From contig OZ024742.1 in NCBI GenBank assembly GCA_964016885.1, positions 177,568,001 to 177,632,000 on the forward strand: a stretch of 64,000 bases of DNA, read 5' to 3'. This document shows positions 13,384-26,648 of this stretch, piece after piece. Made by a program: the position numbers and the translations under genes. The stretch's first letter is position 1; every line of letters begins with the position of its first letter. The DNA is from Eledone cirrhosa (lineage: Eukaryota). The notes beneath the pieces are model-generated. The model worked only from the letters and a program-made list of their open reading frames with translations. It made no database searches and had not been told where the DNA came from.

Positions 13384-13800
13384 AAAGAATAGAGGTGTAA
13401 CACACAAGTTATTATATATTGGTAAACGGAATAGAAAATGCTGACAAATTGTTCACAGTTGAAAAGTGGTTTAATTAGGAATAAAAGAGTATTAGTGATT
13501 GTATGGGTTAGTATTCAGTTGTGGTTTTAAGTTTTTAAGTGTTTACCGGTTGCGCATTTCTAAATGCTTTTCAAAAATAATTTTGAGATAGAGTGTCCGT
13601 GCAACAGATCAGAGCAAACAGCACGGACACTCTATCTCAAAATTATTTTTGAAAAGCATTTAGAAATGCGCAACCGGTAAAAACTTAAAAACTTAAAACC
13701 ACAACTGAATACTAACCCATACAATCACTAATACTCTTTTATTCCTAATTAAACCATTTTTCAACTGTGAAAAATTTGTCAGCATTTTCTATTCCGTTTA

Positions 13801-13808
<8 letters not shown>
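13380..13808 (-). mobile_element. Fold-back element family F1 in (TA)n
   Basis: About 190-bp inverted arms 13413-13602 / 13621-13810, 18-nt loop, one-sided tail; second copy at 29355. Confidence 0.9.
13645..13683 (+). ncRNA. Variant minimal hammerhead-like motif (UUGAAAA-stem II-GCAA-CCGG-UA)
   Basis: TTTT TTGAAAA GCATT-TAGA-AATGC GCAA CCGG TA AAAA; palindromic stem III ACCGGT; mirrored in the other arm and in the 29.5 kb copy. Confidence 0.5.
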
Positions 13809-13868
<60 letters not shown>

Positions 13869-14121
13869 TATATACATATATATATATATATAAATGGAAA
13901 AAATGAAACGAAATTTCATTTCTCACTCTTAGTACGGCTGTTACTTAAATATAAGTATCTGTACGTTCATACATATGTGTATACAGACGTACAGTAGTAT
14001 GTATATATATATACATACATGCACACATATATACATGTAGATGTTCGGTAAAAACGATACCTACATGTATATATACATACTACTGTACGTCTGTATTCAT
14101 ATATGTATGTACGTATACATA

Positions 14122-14156
<35 letters not shown>

Positions 14157-14160
<4 letters not shown>

Positions 14161-15786
14161 ATTTACATATATATATAAAGTCATAGATATGTATGTGTGT
14201 TTTGCAACCGGTCACGTTGTGGCTCAATGAGAAGTTAATAAATTAAATTAAATAATCACAGCTATATATCATAAAATACGTCTTTAGAATCACTAGATAT
14301 AATATATACCATTTCCTCTGCCAATTAGTATAATTAACCAATATAAAATATCAATTAGACCAAGCTATAAGAATAAAGGCTCCTATGAAGAAATCTCCGA
14401 CAAATAACCGAAAGCAGCCCCTTCGCGGTGGCTACAATCGATTATTTATCTAACATTTCGAGAGCATGTAAAAATCGACAGGATATACAGTCAACTAAAC
14501 ACAATTAGGTGTAAAATTGAACTTAGAAGAATTGCGTACATACCTAATTACCTCTACCATGGTTTCATCCGTATTTTAAGACATCCGCTAACAAGGAATG
14601 TCCAGAGCTTCGGAATCATCAGGAGCGAGCTCAAAATAAGACATTTAATTTTCCAAAGTGTTCGCGCCAAAAATAGATTAAAAAATGGCTAAGAATCGTG
14701 CGTGGCAGCGATCAAGTTAGAAAGGATTTGATTAGTTGCTTACGGCGGGTAGGCTTATTGCTAGAAAGCGCAGCCTAATACCGCCAAATTGTATCTCAAA
14801 CTAACGGGAGATGATTACATATAAAGATTTACATATATATATAAAGTCATAGATATGTATGTGTGTTTTGCAACCGGTCACATTGTGGCTCAATGAGAAA
14901 TTAATAAATTAAATTAAATAATCACAGCTATATATCATAAAATATGTCTTTAGAATCACTAGATATAATATATACCATTTCCTCTCCCAATTAGTATAAT
15001 TAACCATATAAAAAATCAATTAGACCAAGCTATAAGAATAAAGACTCCTATGAAGAAATCTGATTCTAAAGACATATTTTATGATATATAGCTCTGATTA
15101 TTTAATTTAATTTATTAATTTCTCATTGAGCCACAACGTGACCGGTTGCAAAACACACATATATATCTATGACTTTATATATATACGTAAATCTTTATAT
15201 GTAATAATCTCCCGTTATGTTGAGATACAATTTGGCGGTATTAGGCCGCGCTTTCTAGCAATAAGCCTACCCGCGTAAGCAACTAATCACATCCTTTCTG
15301 ACTTGACCGCTGCCACGTCACAATTCTTAGCCATTTTTTAATCTATTTTTGGCGCGATCACTTTGGGAAATTAAATGTCTTATTTTGAGCTCGCTCCTGG
15401 TGATTCCGAAGCTCTGGACATTCCTTGTTATCGGATGTCTTAAAATACGGATGAAACCATGATAGAGGTAATTAGGTATGTACGCAATTCTTCTAATTTC
15501 AATTTTACACCTAATTGTGTTTAGTTGACTGTATATCTGGTCGATTTCTTTCACATGCTGTACGAAAATGTTGAGATAAATAATCTATTGTAGCCACCGT
15601 GAGTCGAATGGGGCTGCTCTTTCCGGGTCTATATTGGAGCTTCCTATCATATAGCTTCATTTCTAATAGCGCTTTATCTCTCTGTCTTAGCTTGGTCTCT
15701 ATTTTCTATATGGTTAATTATACTAATTGGGAGAGGAAATGGTAGATATTATATCTAGTGATTCTAAAGACATATTTTATGATATA

Positions 15787-15790
<4 letters not shown>
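14157..15790. mobile_element. Large tandem-plus-inverted repeat element (Penelope pLTR-like architecture)
   Basis: About 665-bp unit 14157-14820, partial direct copy 14821-15061, then inverted copy 15060-15790; (TA)n on both sides. Confidence 0.8.
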
Positions 15791-15881
<91 letters not shown>

Positions 15882-15883
<2 letters not shown>

Positions 15884-16410
15884 GGTAACAAGTTATCGTT
15901 ACAGGTAATCCAGTTAGAGGTTGTGAGTACTCTGCGTCGTGGATAGTTTTAACGTACGGCTTTGTTTAATTCAACAAGATGTTTCCAGAGATAGGCAGCG
16001 AGTTCGCGACAATTCCTATGTAGGTTATACTTGGAGTAATAATAGTGAAAGAATGAAGAGTAACATGGTTGGCTGTACAACAAGGGGCTTTATTTCAGGT
16101 ATTAACAATTGTTTCATTGATCAGGTGAGTCTAGAGGTCGCTAGTCGCTCGAAGTTGCGTCACACTATCTCCATTACATTATTTACCTCTGACGGGTGGT
16201 GGATTGGCAGTATCGGTAGAGGGTCGGACGCCATGCTTTCCAGCATAGTTACGCCCTTTACGATCTGAGTTCAAAACCCGCCGAGGTTAACTTTGCCTTT
16301 CATCCTTACGGGGTCGATAAAATAAAGTACCAGTAATGTACTGGGTAATTGATGGCCTTGTGCCAAAGGTGGAAACAATTATTCACCTCTGACCAGCTCA
16401 TCAGAATATG
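15882..16410 (-). mobile_element. Penelope pLTR-like remnant with a hammerhead motif, split by a SINE
   Basis: Minus strand: TATT CTGATGA [long stem II] GAAA CAATTG TT AATA; tail with GAGTAC motif ending at (TA)n. Confidence 0.7.
16194..16380 (+). mobile_element. tRNA-derived SINE family A, full length with TSD
   Basis: Flanked by ATTTACCTCTGAC (16181-16193) and ATTCACCTCTGAC (16381-16393). Confidence 0.92.
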
Positions 16411-18949
16411 TGTGCATGTGTATGAATATGCGCGGGGACATAGGGATAGTGGGGCTAGATACCCGATCGCTAGATACCCCTAGAATTTCTCAGGGCATTC
16501 TTTTAGGAGAAGGAAACTCAAGAAACTGGTATAAGTCCGACATAAAACCTGCATCTCAGTAGTTACCGATGTTGTTGATCTGTTCTTCTTTTCGGGTTAT
16601 AGCTACTGTCGCTCAGAGAGTGGGTTTGGTTCAGTGCACAGTCTTTCCTCACTTTAAAAAAAATCTTCACGCACATGTATTTCACGATACAATTAATTAA
16701 TAATTATAAAAATGGTATATCGTGAAATGGCCATACTCAATAACGAGGGGGAAGCTATCATATATATATATTGTTTTGCACTAAGCAGCCGAAGTGTATG
16801 ATAAAGATATGTCTACATTCATTATGGGAATAATCTTGAAATATTTAGCTAATATTCTAGTCTTGAAATCCAGTTAAAAATGTGCAGAAAAATACTTATA
16901 TTCAGCAAGTTTAGAAGTCTATATACTAAAAATGTGTAAGTTTATGTATATATATATTTAAGCATTTAAGCAATCTCGGTTAATTTTTATACCGATAAAA
17001 TATTATCACATATATATATATATGTGTGTGTGTGTGTGTTTGTGTTAGGGTTACACTGATTAACTGTCAATAATCAATATCTATGTTTTTTAGCCGATTA
17101 ATTGGCTTTGATGACAAGAAACGATGGATAACAGAAATATTTTGAATTAACGATGACTGAACTTGAAATCAGAACGTAGAGTACCAGAACAAATATAGCG
17201 CTAATTAATATAACGCCCTAACTACTCTGCCAACTCTTCATCATATTATAATGTGATGGGAGATTAAGAAGACAGACGGAGAGATAGGAAAGATGAAGGA
17301 AAAATAAAGAAAATGGAATATGTATTAAGAGTAAGATTAAGGTGACAGTAAATATTATAGACATGCGGTAATAAAAGTTTTAGCGTCAAAGACAAGATTT
17401 GGTAGTATGTACAATATTACAACGACAACTAATCATTTGAAACATGTACACATTGGTTAAGTAATAGTAGAGGAAAAATGACTAGTAGGATTACAGGAAT
17501 AAAGCGAGAATTAACGAGGTTTGAAGGAAATGTTAATCTCTTGGGTCGTATTTTAATGAGAGATATTACTTTGAAGGTCTGAAATGCCGCGGGACAAATT
17601 TTCCACTACATTGTCTGAAATGTTCGAGTAAAGCCAGTCATAAGTAGAAGTATTAGAGCTTCGTGGTAGCTTCTTAAGCTATATAAAACTTTTAAATAAT
17701 TGTTTTGTTTGAAATATTAGAAGAATATTAAAGTTTAATTAATGTCGGATTTTCAGCTTTCGTCATTTCTCATTTCTGTCTTTTCTCAACTCTTCAGCAC
17801 ATTTATTGAAGTTTAGAATCCTATATGTGAATATGTTTCATAACATATCAACTTTTCTCGCGAAATTTGATAACACTATACAATATTATCGACAACGTAT
17901 GAATAAATATCAAAAACTGTAACGTACGCGCACGCATTTAAAAAATATATATATTTAGAATTTCATATTCATACTGTTATTAAAGTTCAAATTCTATACA
18001 GATATTGTGCGGTTGGTGAGTTGGCAGACACAATAAAAGATCGATATAAACTTTGGCGTTGGCGTTCAGCTTCTTGGGCTCTGAATTCAAATCTTGCTGA
18101 CGTCTTTGTGTTTTAGTGCAAGCAAAAGGAACGTGCTCGTCAAATCGTAAATTACAAAGGCTCGCAGTATGTTGGATCCCCTATGACAAGGTAAACAACA
18201 CAATTGTGAAAATCATTTATACCTATAGTAAAGAATACAATAGACACATAGGCTTTATAAAAAAAAATCTCTTAACAATACACTACTGAATTTGACAGGG
18301 AAACGGCAGGATGGAATCACAATCTACATGTCCCGAAGTAGTGAGCCTTTTATTTGGGATACACAATTATAACAGCCTTAAAAGGTTGGCGAATCATCAA
18401 ACAGTTATACAAGTGAAGTTCAAATAGGGATGTGTTGGGGTCAAACAACAATTATCAAGGCCGGCGCTGCATTTAAAAAAATTCAGCATTAAAAAACGCG
18501 TTTTCAGAGAAAGAACTATCAAAAGCTACGTTTGTCAGCTTGTTAATCGATACGCTGAAATGATTTTATTTGGGAGACTGAGGCGCATAATTATGAGAAG
18601 AGGAAACAAAATGAAGGGTTAGTCTACGATGATAAGTACCCAGGTGCTGGCCTTGAAAAATAGCAACAAAATACAACAGCCACAACAATAAAAAAAACAA
18701 CACCTTCAATAAAGAAATTCAACCACAACAGTAACAACAAAATAACAGTAATATAGTGTATCACCGACACAATAATGAGCCAACGCAGTAGCCTGTTTTT
18801 AGTCCCTTGCCATAGTAATTATCCGTTACATACATATAGCCCATAAGACTCAGAAAGATTGCCTAAGAGCTATTAGAATGCATTAGATAATAACTCTGCT
18901 TGATCAGAGTTGACTTGGGGCTAAGCAATAAGAAAAACAATAATGTATA

Positions 18950-19260
18950 TAACGAGGTGATGACGCTGCCTCAGCGGTATTGAATTCTCATTTCGGACCG
19001 TGTGGTGCACTATCTACGTGCGAAAAACACGCTAGTGTACGTTGCTGCAGTTCACTCAGTTGTAGAAATGAGTTGTGATATCACTGGTGCCAAGCTATAG
19101 TAATATTTACCTCTTCCATCAACAACATCAATGGCGTGGAGATGAAAAACTGACATGCATAGATGACTGCTGATCTTCCACTAAAACCTTACTCGAGCTT
19201 CTTCCTCAGAAGGAAAACTATGTTCGAAAGCCCTTGCTTATTTGTGACCAAAATTCGTCT
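18950..19260 (+). mobile_element. Old SINE family B copy
   Basis: Collinear similarity to 22865-23190 (..TTGCTGCAGTTCACTCAG.., ..ATGGCGT.GAGA.GAAA..CATGCAT..GATGACTGCTG.TCTTCCAC..). Confidence 0.6.
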
Positions 19261-21047
19261 TAAGACCATCGCGTACCGATGAATTAGCATAACAGAAATT
19301 TTCGCACAAGGCGATCTGGAATTTTGCGGTTACTTGGCATACTAAAAGGTAGCATCTAAACCATCTTCCTTTCATACAATAATCTTTTCCTAATAAACAA
19401 AGGACAAATTGAAGAGTCTAAACTTATACACACAATGCCCGAATAAAACAAATTACTTGATGCATACGGATGGTATATTAAAATCATTGGTTGGCTCCAT
19501 TAGGACCAAGCTAATGTTAAACCACAACCACATGACACTACATATGAATGTTAGAACTTTCATTCATAAATAACCTAGTGGCAGTGTCACAATTCGATCG
19601 TATATTAATTTATGGACACCGAATTGTAGTGTTCGACATGAACCTTTATCCTGTTGTTCGTAGATTAATTGATGGAAATGATTTTCAGGGCGTTTTGATT
19701 GTTAAGCTCTCATGTGACAATAAAACCAAACAAAACGTAATTCGATTATTCCGGAAAAGAGAAATATATTTCGTAGAACTATTTAGGCATAAAGTAGATA
19801 CTATAAAACCCAATTAGTGGTATCTCTAATATTACGGAAGTTTGTGCGGGAAAGTAATATTAAAACGAACATTAATTCTCTTCTGAAAGCATCACATTAG
19901 ATGTATTCCTTTTGATAATGAGTGCGTTCCTTTTTAAATAGTTTTTCTTAATATTTGAAATACAATGTTTAAAAGAATGATTTTCATATGTTCATAATTC
20001 TGGAAACAACACAAATATAAATAATATTTGGACATACGAAAATGCCAGGACATGATACTGAATAAATTGCTAATTTTACACAGTTTAAAAGGGAATAATA
20101 CTTGCCTGAAATGGCAATCAGCCAAAATGTGTTTCGATTGAACATTTTGGCCCGAATTTAGCAATAAATTCTTTCTGATAAATTGTTCAACTAACAGTCA
20201 ATCATCATTTGGTACTTGTGTAGATTAAGCTATAAGTAGAGAATTTACAGCTAAGTTTTTGCAGCACTCAGAAGCAAGCATTTCCAATAATATAACTCCA
20301 ATTTATGAGTATCTATAGAAACTTCTGAACATAACTTATATTTTATAACAGCGTATTAATTTTCACAGGCAATAAATTCGAAGAGCTTCTGGTTTCATTT
20401 AGTTTTCTATTTGATATATCAATTTGATCTGCTTTCTGATATTGTCTACTATTCCTTTGTATGTATTATGTTGAAGTACGTTCACTGATCGATCGTCCTG
20501 TTCATTCATTTCTATAGATGATCCTCCCCCAACACCAGTACTCGATAGGGTTTTTCCTTTGGACTATTGTAATTTAAACCTATATGCTATAAATATTTTA
20601 GATTTATGTAATTAGGGAAAGGATTATTTTTTGAAAGGGAAGAATTGGCGTCTTTAAAAAGGATATTCTGATTACAAGGATTACTATGTATGCTCAAAGC
20701 TGCAATTCTAGAATTTGAATAAGTAAACAGCTAGCAATAATGTTCTGTTCGGTATATCTCCCTAAATACGTTGGCTACAATCCCCCATCAGCACAAATAG
20801 AGACTGTTAGCTTTCTTCAAAGTGCACGAGTTCAAAGAATAAATATGTTTATGTGTCAAACTACGATATGATAGTAATTCATTATCAAATTAAGAAAGGT
20901 ACCAATTTTCCCCAATTTACTTATGGCTTTAATTTTTATTAATGTTATTGATATAATGACTACCTGAGAAGTATATTAGTCACAAAAACATATTACAATA
21001 TGATGAACGCGTATTTTGAAACTCATTTATTTTATATATATATATAT

Positions 21048-21192
21048 AAAGTATTAGAATCATATAATCATATGCAAAATATATACAAAGTGTTGTTAAG
21101 GGAGATGCATTGCTATTAGTGCCATACGAAAATTAATCTTAGATGAAGTGATGAGTAGAAAAAGGGAGGGAAATGTATATATATATATATAA

Positions 21193-21240
<48 letters not shown>

Positions 21241-21418
21241 CGTTGCTCTGGTATTGTGTGTTAGGTTTTGCCTACCACAATGTTCAATTTGTCAAGCTAT
21301 TTAAGCGTATGTTGTTACTCTGAGGACCTACCCTTACCGAGTGATTTGCTAACTCATTCATATTGTAGATGGACTTTGCTTGCCCACAGCCAAAGCTTCG
21401 ATTTTGCTAAGCCCCCAC

Positions 21419-21452
<34 letters not shown>

Positions 21453-21735
21453 TTCCTTCCCTTTTTCCAGTCATCACTTCATCTAAGATTAATGTTCGTA
21501 TGACACTAATAGCAATGCATCTCCCTTAACAACACTGTGTATATATTTTGCATATGATTATATGATTCTAATACTTTTCTGAGAGCTTTACTAAGAAATG
21601 CATCAATATGTGATGCATTTCTTAACAGCTCTACCGAAAGTAGTGAAATCCAGATGAATAATCATATTTCGATATGGTTGCAAATATTTTTGCTTATATA
21701 ATATATTGTCGCACAGTTACCCTCTTACAATCGTG
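21048..21735. mobile_element. Composite fold-back: 128-bp inverted arms around (TA)n and a nested insert, plus a second internal hairpin and tail
   Basis: Arms 21048-21175 / 21450-21577; hairpin 21572-21642; tail to (TA)n at 21736. Confidence 0.8.
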
Positions 21736-21767
<32 letters not shown>

Positions 21768-21778
21768 CGTGTGTGTGT

Positions 21779-21809
<31 letters not shown>

Positions 21810-21883
21810 TGCAGCATATCTAAATTAAATTCATCTTCTAGCGACCTCTCTCTCTCTCCCTCTCTCTCTCTCCCTCTCTCTCA

Positions 21884-21966
<83 letters not shown>

Positions 21967-22243
21967 TCGTCTCTAAATACATTATGTATGAAACCCGCAT
22001 TTACACGGCCATCTATATCGATGTATTATATGCCTATTACATTAATATCTAACAATTTATATATGTTTTATATTAATGAATAAATCTCAAAATATTTCGC
22101 GTAAATGTCTTTCTCTCTTATAATTTCCTGCAGATTATTTTTTATATATGCAATACAGAAATATATGGTATAAATGAATCTGTATGTGTCTGTTTGTGAA
22201 GAATGTGTGGTATAATATAAACGAATACACACACACATAGACA

Positions 22244-22294
<51 letters not shown>

Positions 22295-22403
22295 TTGTTT
22301 GTGTGTGTGAGTGTGTACACATGTATTCGTTTTTATCTATCTATCTATTTATTTATCTGTCTCTCTCTCTCTCTCTCTCTCTGTCTATATATATATATAT
22401 ATT

Positions 22404-22523
<120 letters not shown>

Positions 22524-22864
22524 GAGATTGATAGATAGATAGATTCATGAATTCAAATATATGTTGCACGTGCAGGGAAATTTGTTTTCCTATAAATACG
22601 TATTGATTTCTTTATTCATTTGGTTGTGCAAGAATTTCTTTGATAGAGGTAAACCTAATTTATTTGTATAGAAAGATCTGTTAATATATGAATACGATAA
22701 TTTTTCGTCTACGTATGTATGCTATATGTAAATGAAGATGAATGTGTACAGGTAAAAGTCTATAACTTCGTCTCTGTTACGAAACTCTAGCTTCTGGAGG
22801 CACTGTGAACCCCAGTTATTAAAACTATATATATATATATTTTTTTTTATATCCTCAAATATAT

Positions 22865-23190
22865 CTGCGTGGTTAAGATGATAGTTTCACAATGGCGTGT
22901 TTCTGAGTTCCATTCCTGGGACGGATGATGCATTGTGTTCTTGAGCAAGGCACATTATGTCCCATTGCTGTAGTAGACTCAGCTGGAGAATTAAGTTTTG
23001 AGGTCACATATGACAGGCTGTAGCAGCCTTTGTCTTTCTCATAGACAAATTTGATGGCGTCGAGAGGAAAGACATGCATGCTTGGATGACTGCTGTTCTT
23101 CCACAAAATCATGTTGCCCGGTTTTCTGTCTCGGAGAGAAACAGTGTTGGTGCAAGCCCCTTGGTCATTCGTGACCGAAAAGGGTCTTTA
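22865..23190 (+). mobile_element. Old SINE family B copy
   Basis: tRNA-like head (..GAGTTCCATTCC..) then CTTGAGCAAGGCAC...ACTCAGCTG; similar to 18950-19260. Confidence 0.6.
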
Positions 23191-23523
23191 TGTACTCATA
23201 CGACAACCTACTGGCCAATGAAATGGTGGTTGAGTGAATTCTGTCATTTATATGTATCGTGCAGATAATGGTCTTTCCACAGCAATTTCTGAGCTCGACC
23301 TTTCCTGTTTGTGATTTGAAGGTGATAGTTAGTTCTTGAGGGTCAGCTTTTGTTTCTGCTTGCAGCGCAGTGTCTTGTGCGTCATCCAGATCACGAAGTC
23401 TTTCTGTTTTTCTCCACTGCAGGAAAAGTGCAGAGAGAACTGCACATGTATAAACATGAACACATGAAAGTGTGCAGATATGTACGCACATACACACAGA
23501 TACACACATATTTACACACATAC

Positions 23524-23583
<60 letters not shown>

Positions 23584-25056
23584 TTCGTATACAAATATTA
23601 TACATATATATGCACACGCACAAACAAACACAAATATACACTCACAAATGCATACACAAAAACAGTGAAACACATATATGATGGAGCTGTCGTCAATTTA
23701 GGCGATGAGCTTCCAGTTCTTCGATCAACTGAATGTTGAACTCGTGAATTAATATGTAGACCCCTGCACACAAATTAATTCCTGAACCGAATCAGCATCA
23801 CACAAAATGTGATAATGCTGATCCTTTGAATAGCATTTACATTCCACCAAACGGGCTTCTACGCAGTTTCCGCCAACCTAACATCACAACACAATGAGCG
23901 ACCTGTTGCTATTGTAATTATTCTATCACATGAAGCTGCGTAGTGAAATCGCAACCATAACCTCACAATTGTAGAGGGAACTTCTTAACCACTCAGTCAT
24001 ACAATACACACAAACTAAACACAACTATATATATATATGCATGCAAACGTCCGCACATAGATATTTGTGCAAATAGCTATATACATACATTCATATGTAC
24101 ATGAAATGACAAACACACGCCGACGTAAGCATGAATATACTCAAGAATAATGATACACACTCTCTCGTAGGCACACATATATACACATCAATCTATTCGG
24201 AGAGGGTGTCAGGGACGCCATACTGACAAGCCATATATCTTTGGTATTTAAACTTGACGGAGCCCATCCCTCTCCTGGTCCCGTCATAGCCAATTTCTTC
24301 CAAGCAAAGAGTAAGTTTACGCGAGCTAGAGGAAGTGAGAAAAAGAAAGAATGCGCTTGTACTTTATTTCTCGACCTCGAAAGGAGGAAAGACAAAGTTA
24401 ACCCTGTCTGGATTAGAGTTAAGAGTACTATTTTTCGGAATGAATACCGTGAAGCATTTTATCAGACATTCAAATGACTCGGCCGACGTACATATGTACG
24501 TATGAACCTTTAACGTCTACTAGAGTCGTAGAGGCGTCGTAGTGTCATACAGCGTTCGTGAGCCTTTTGTAAATCTGGCAAAGCCGATCCCCTATCCACG
24601 TCTGAATAAGTTGATTTCTAACAGAGCGGGAGAGAGAGAGTGATAAAGAGGAAGTGAGAAAGAGATACTATTTTTTAAGCCAGTTGAAGCCCACCTCGTC
24701 CTCAGGTTTGAATACAGACGAGAACGAATGATAAAGAGGAAGTGAAAAAGGGATATAGAGGAAGAATCTACCCTAAAGCATTCTAACGATTTTGCCAAAT
24801 CGCTTCCAACGTATAAACACATCTAAATATATTGGAAGATACTATATTTTTATGTATACGCGTCTCTCTATGAATGTACGTGTGTATGTGGGTGTGTGGG
24901 TGTACATGTATGTACACACGTGTGTATGTGTCCGTGTATGTCTGTGCATGTGTACTTACGTGTGTTAACGTAAACAACACAACTATAACCTAAACAATGA
25001 CATCATTAATAGCAGCTACACTATATATATATTTACTTCTACCTACACAGCAACAA

Positions 25057-25065
25057 ACCACCACC

Positions 25066-25141
<76 letters not shown>

Positions 25142-25316
25142 AGTACCAGTAATGCACTGGGAAATGGCTGGCCTTGTGCCTAAAGTAGAAACAATTATTA
25201 TTATTATTCTTCATCATCATCATCATCATCATCGTCTTCTATTACTACTACGACCACAGTTGTTGCTGTTGCTGCTGTTGCTGCTGTTGTTGTTGTTGCT
25301 GAAGTTGCTGCTGTTG

Positions 25317-25362
<46 letters not shown>

Positions 25363-25363
25363 G

Positions 25364-25394
<31 letters not shown>

Positions 25395-25403
25395 TTACTA
25401 CTG

Positions 25404-25463
<60 letters not shown>

Positions 25464-25625
25464 TTACTACTGCTACCACTGCTACTACTACTACTACGAC
25501 TACTACTACTACTATTACTACTACTACTACTGCTAGTATTACTACTAATTCTATTGCTAGTACTATTACCACTACTGCTGCTACTACGACTACTACTACT
25601 ATTACTACTACTACTACTACTACTA

Positions 25626-25673
<48 letters not shown>

Positions 25674-25735
25674 AGCGCATGTTGCTCCTGCTGATACTAC
25701 TACTACTGCTACTGATATTACTACCACTACCACTA
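25057..25735. repeat. (CTA)n/(CCA)n/(GTT)n trinucleotide arrays with a SINE 3' fragment at 25140-25196
   Basis: Directly visible. Confidence 0.95.
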
Positions 25736-25831
25736 CAAGAACACCAACAATCTCATCGTTTTTTTATAATGAAATACCAGCAGTTGTTTATTTACAAGCA
25801 TTTACACAAATACACACAAATAAACACACAG

Positions 25832-25866
<35 letters not shown>

Positions 25867-25888
25867 GATACACACCTACATATATATA

Positions 25889-26053
25889 GGCAAGTTATTC
25901 CGGGTTGAATCGGAGGTAAACCACAGTAAATAAGGTACTCAATACATAGCAGAGTATAAAAGCTTTAATATAGATGAGATTCTACAGGACAAGAACTGAT
26001 GATTTCTCAAGAATGAAACAGTACTAGTCCTGTAGAATCTCATCTATATTAAA
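25889..26053 (-). mobile_element. Fold-back element family F2 with a hammerhead core in the loop
   Basis: Arms 25964-25990 / 26027-26053; + strand loop CTGATGA T TTC-TCAA-GAA T GAAA CAG; tail motif GTACTCAATAC. Confidence 0.85.
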
Positions 26054-26134
26054 ATATATATATATATATACGTACATATACATACACACAAATAAACAGA
26101 CACTCACACGCACGCACACACACATATATATATG

Positions 26135-26165
<31 letters not shown>

Positions 26166-26603
26166 ACACAACAACACCCAGACACACATGCATACACTCC
26201 CATGTATAAACACATATGTAGAAAATTGCCAAAACACGCATAAACTCTTTCTCACAGACACACAATTACACACATAGATACATACTCTTGCACATGTATA
26301 TACAAATAGTCATACACACAGCTACACACATGTATAGAAATCATAGACACATACTCATACTGACACACAAGTCACAATCTCTCTTCTCTGTCTCTCTTTG
26401 TCTCTTACTCTCTCTCTCCCCTCTCTCTCTCTCTCTCTCTTTATCTCTTTCTATCTGTCTACCATACACACATACATATAAGCAAATATATGTATACAAG
26501 CACACAGTCGCCGCCCCAGAGGTATACAAATTCCATGCGAACGCAGACACACACATGTGCACACGCCCATATTCTCTCTCTTTCTGTATCTTTCTGCAAA
26601 TAC

Positions 26604-26648
<45 letters not shown>

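Noticed and set aside
16194-16290. tRNA gene
   Set aside because: Only SINE box A/B remnants; no cloverleaf
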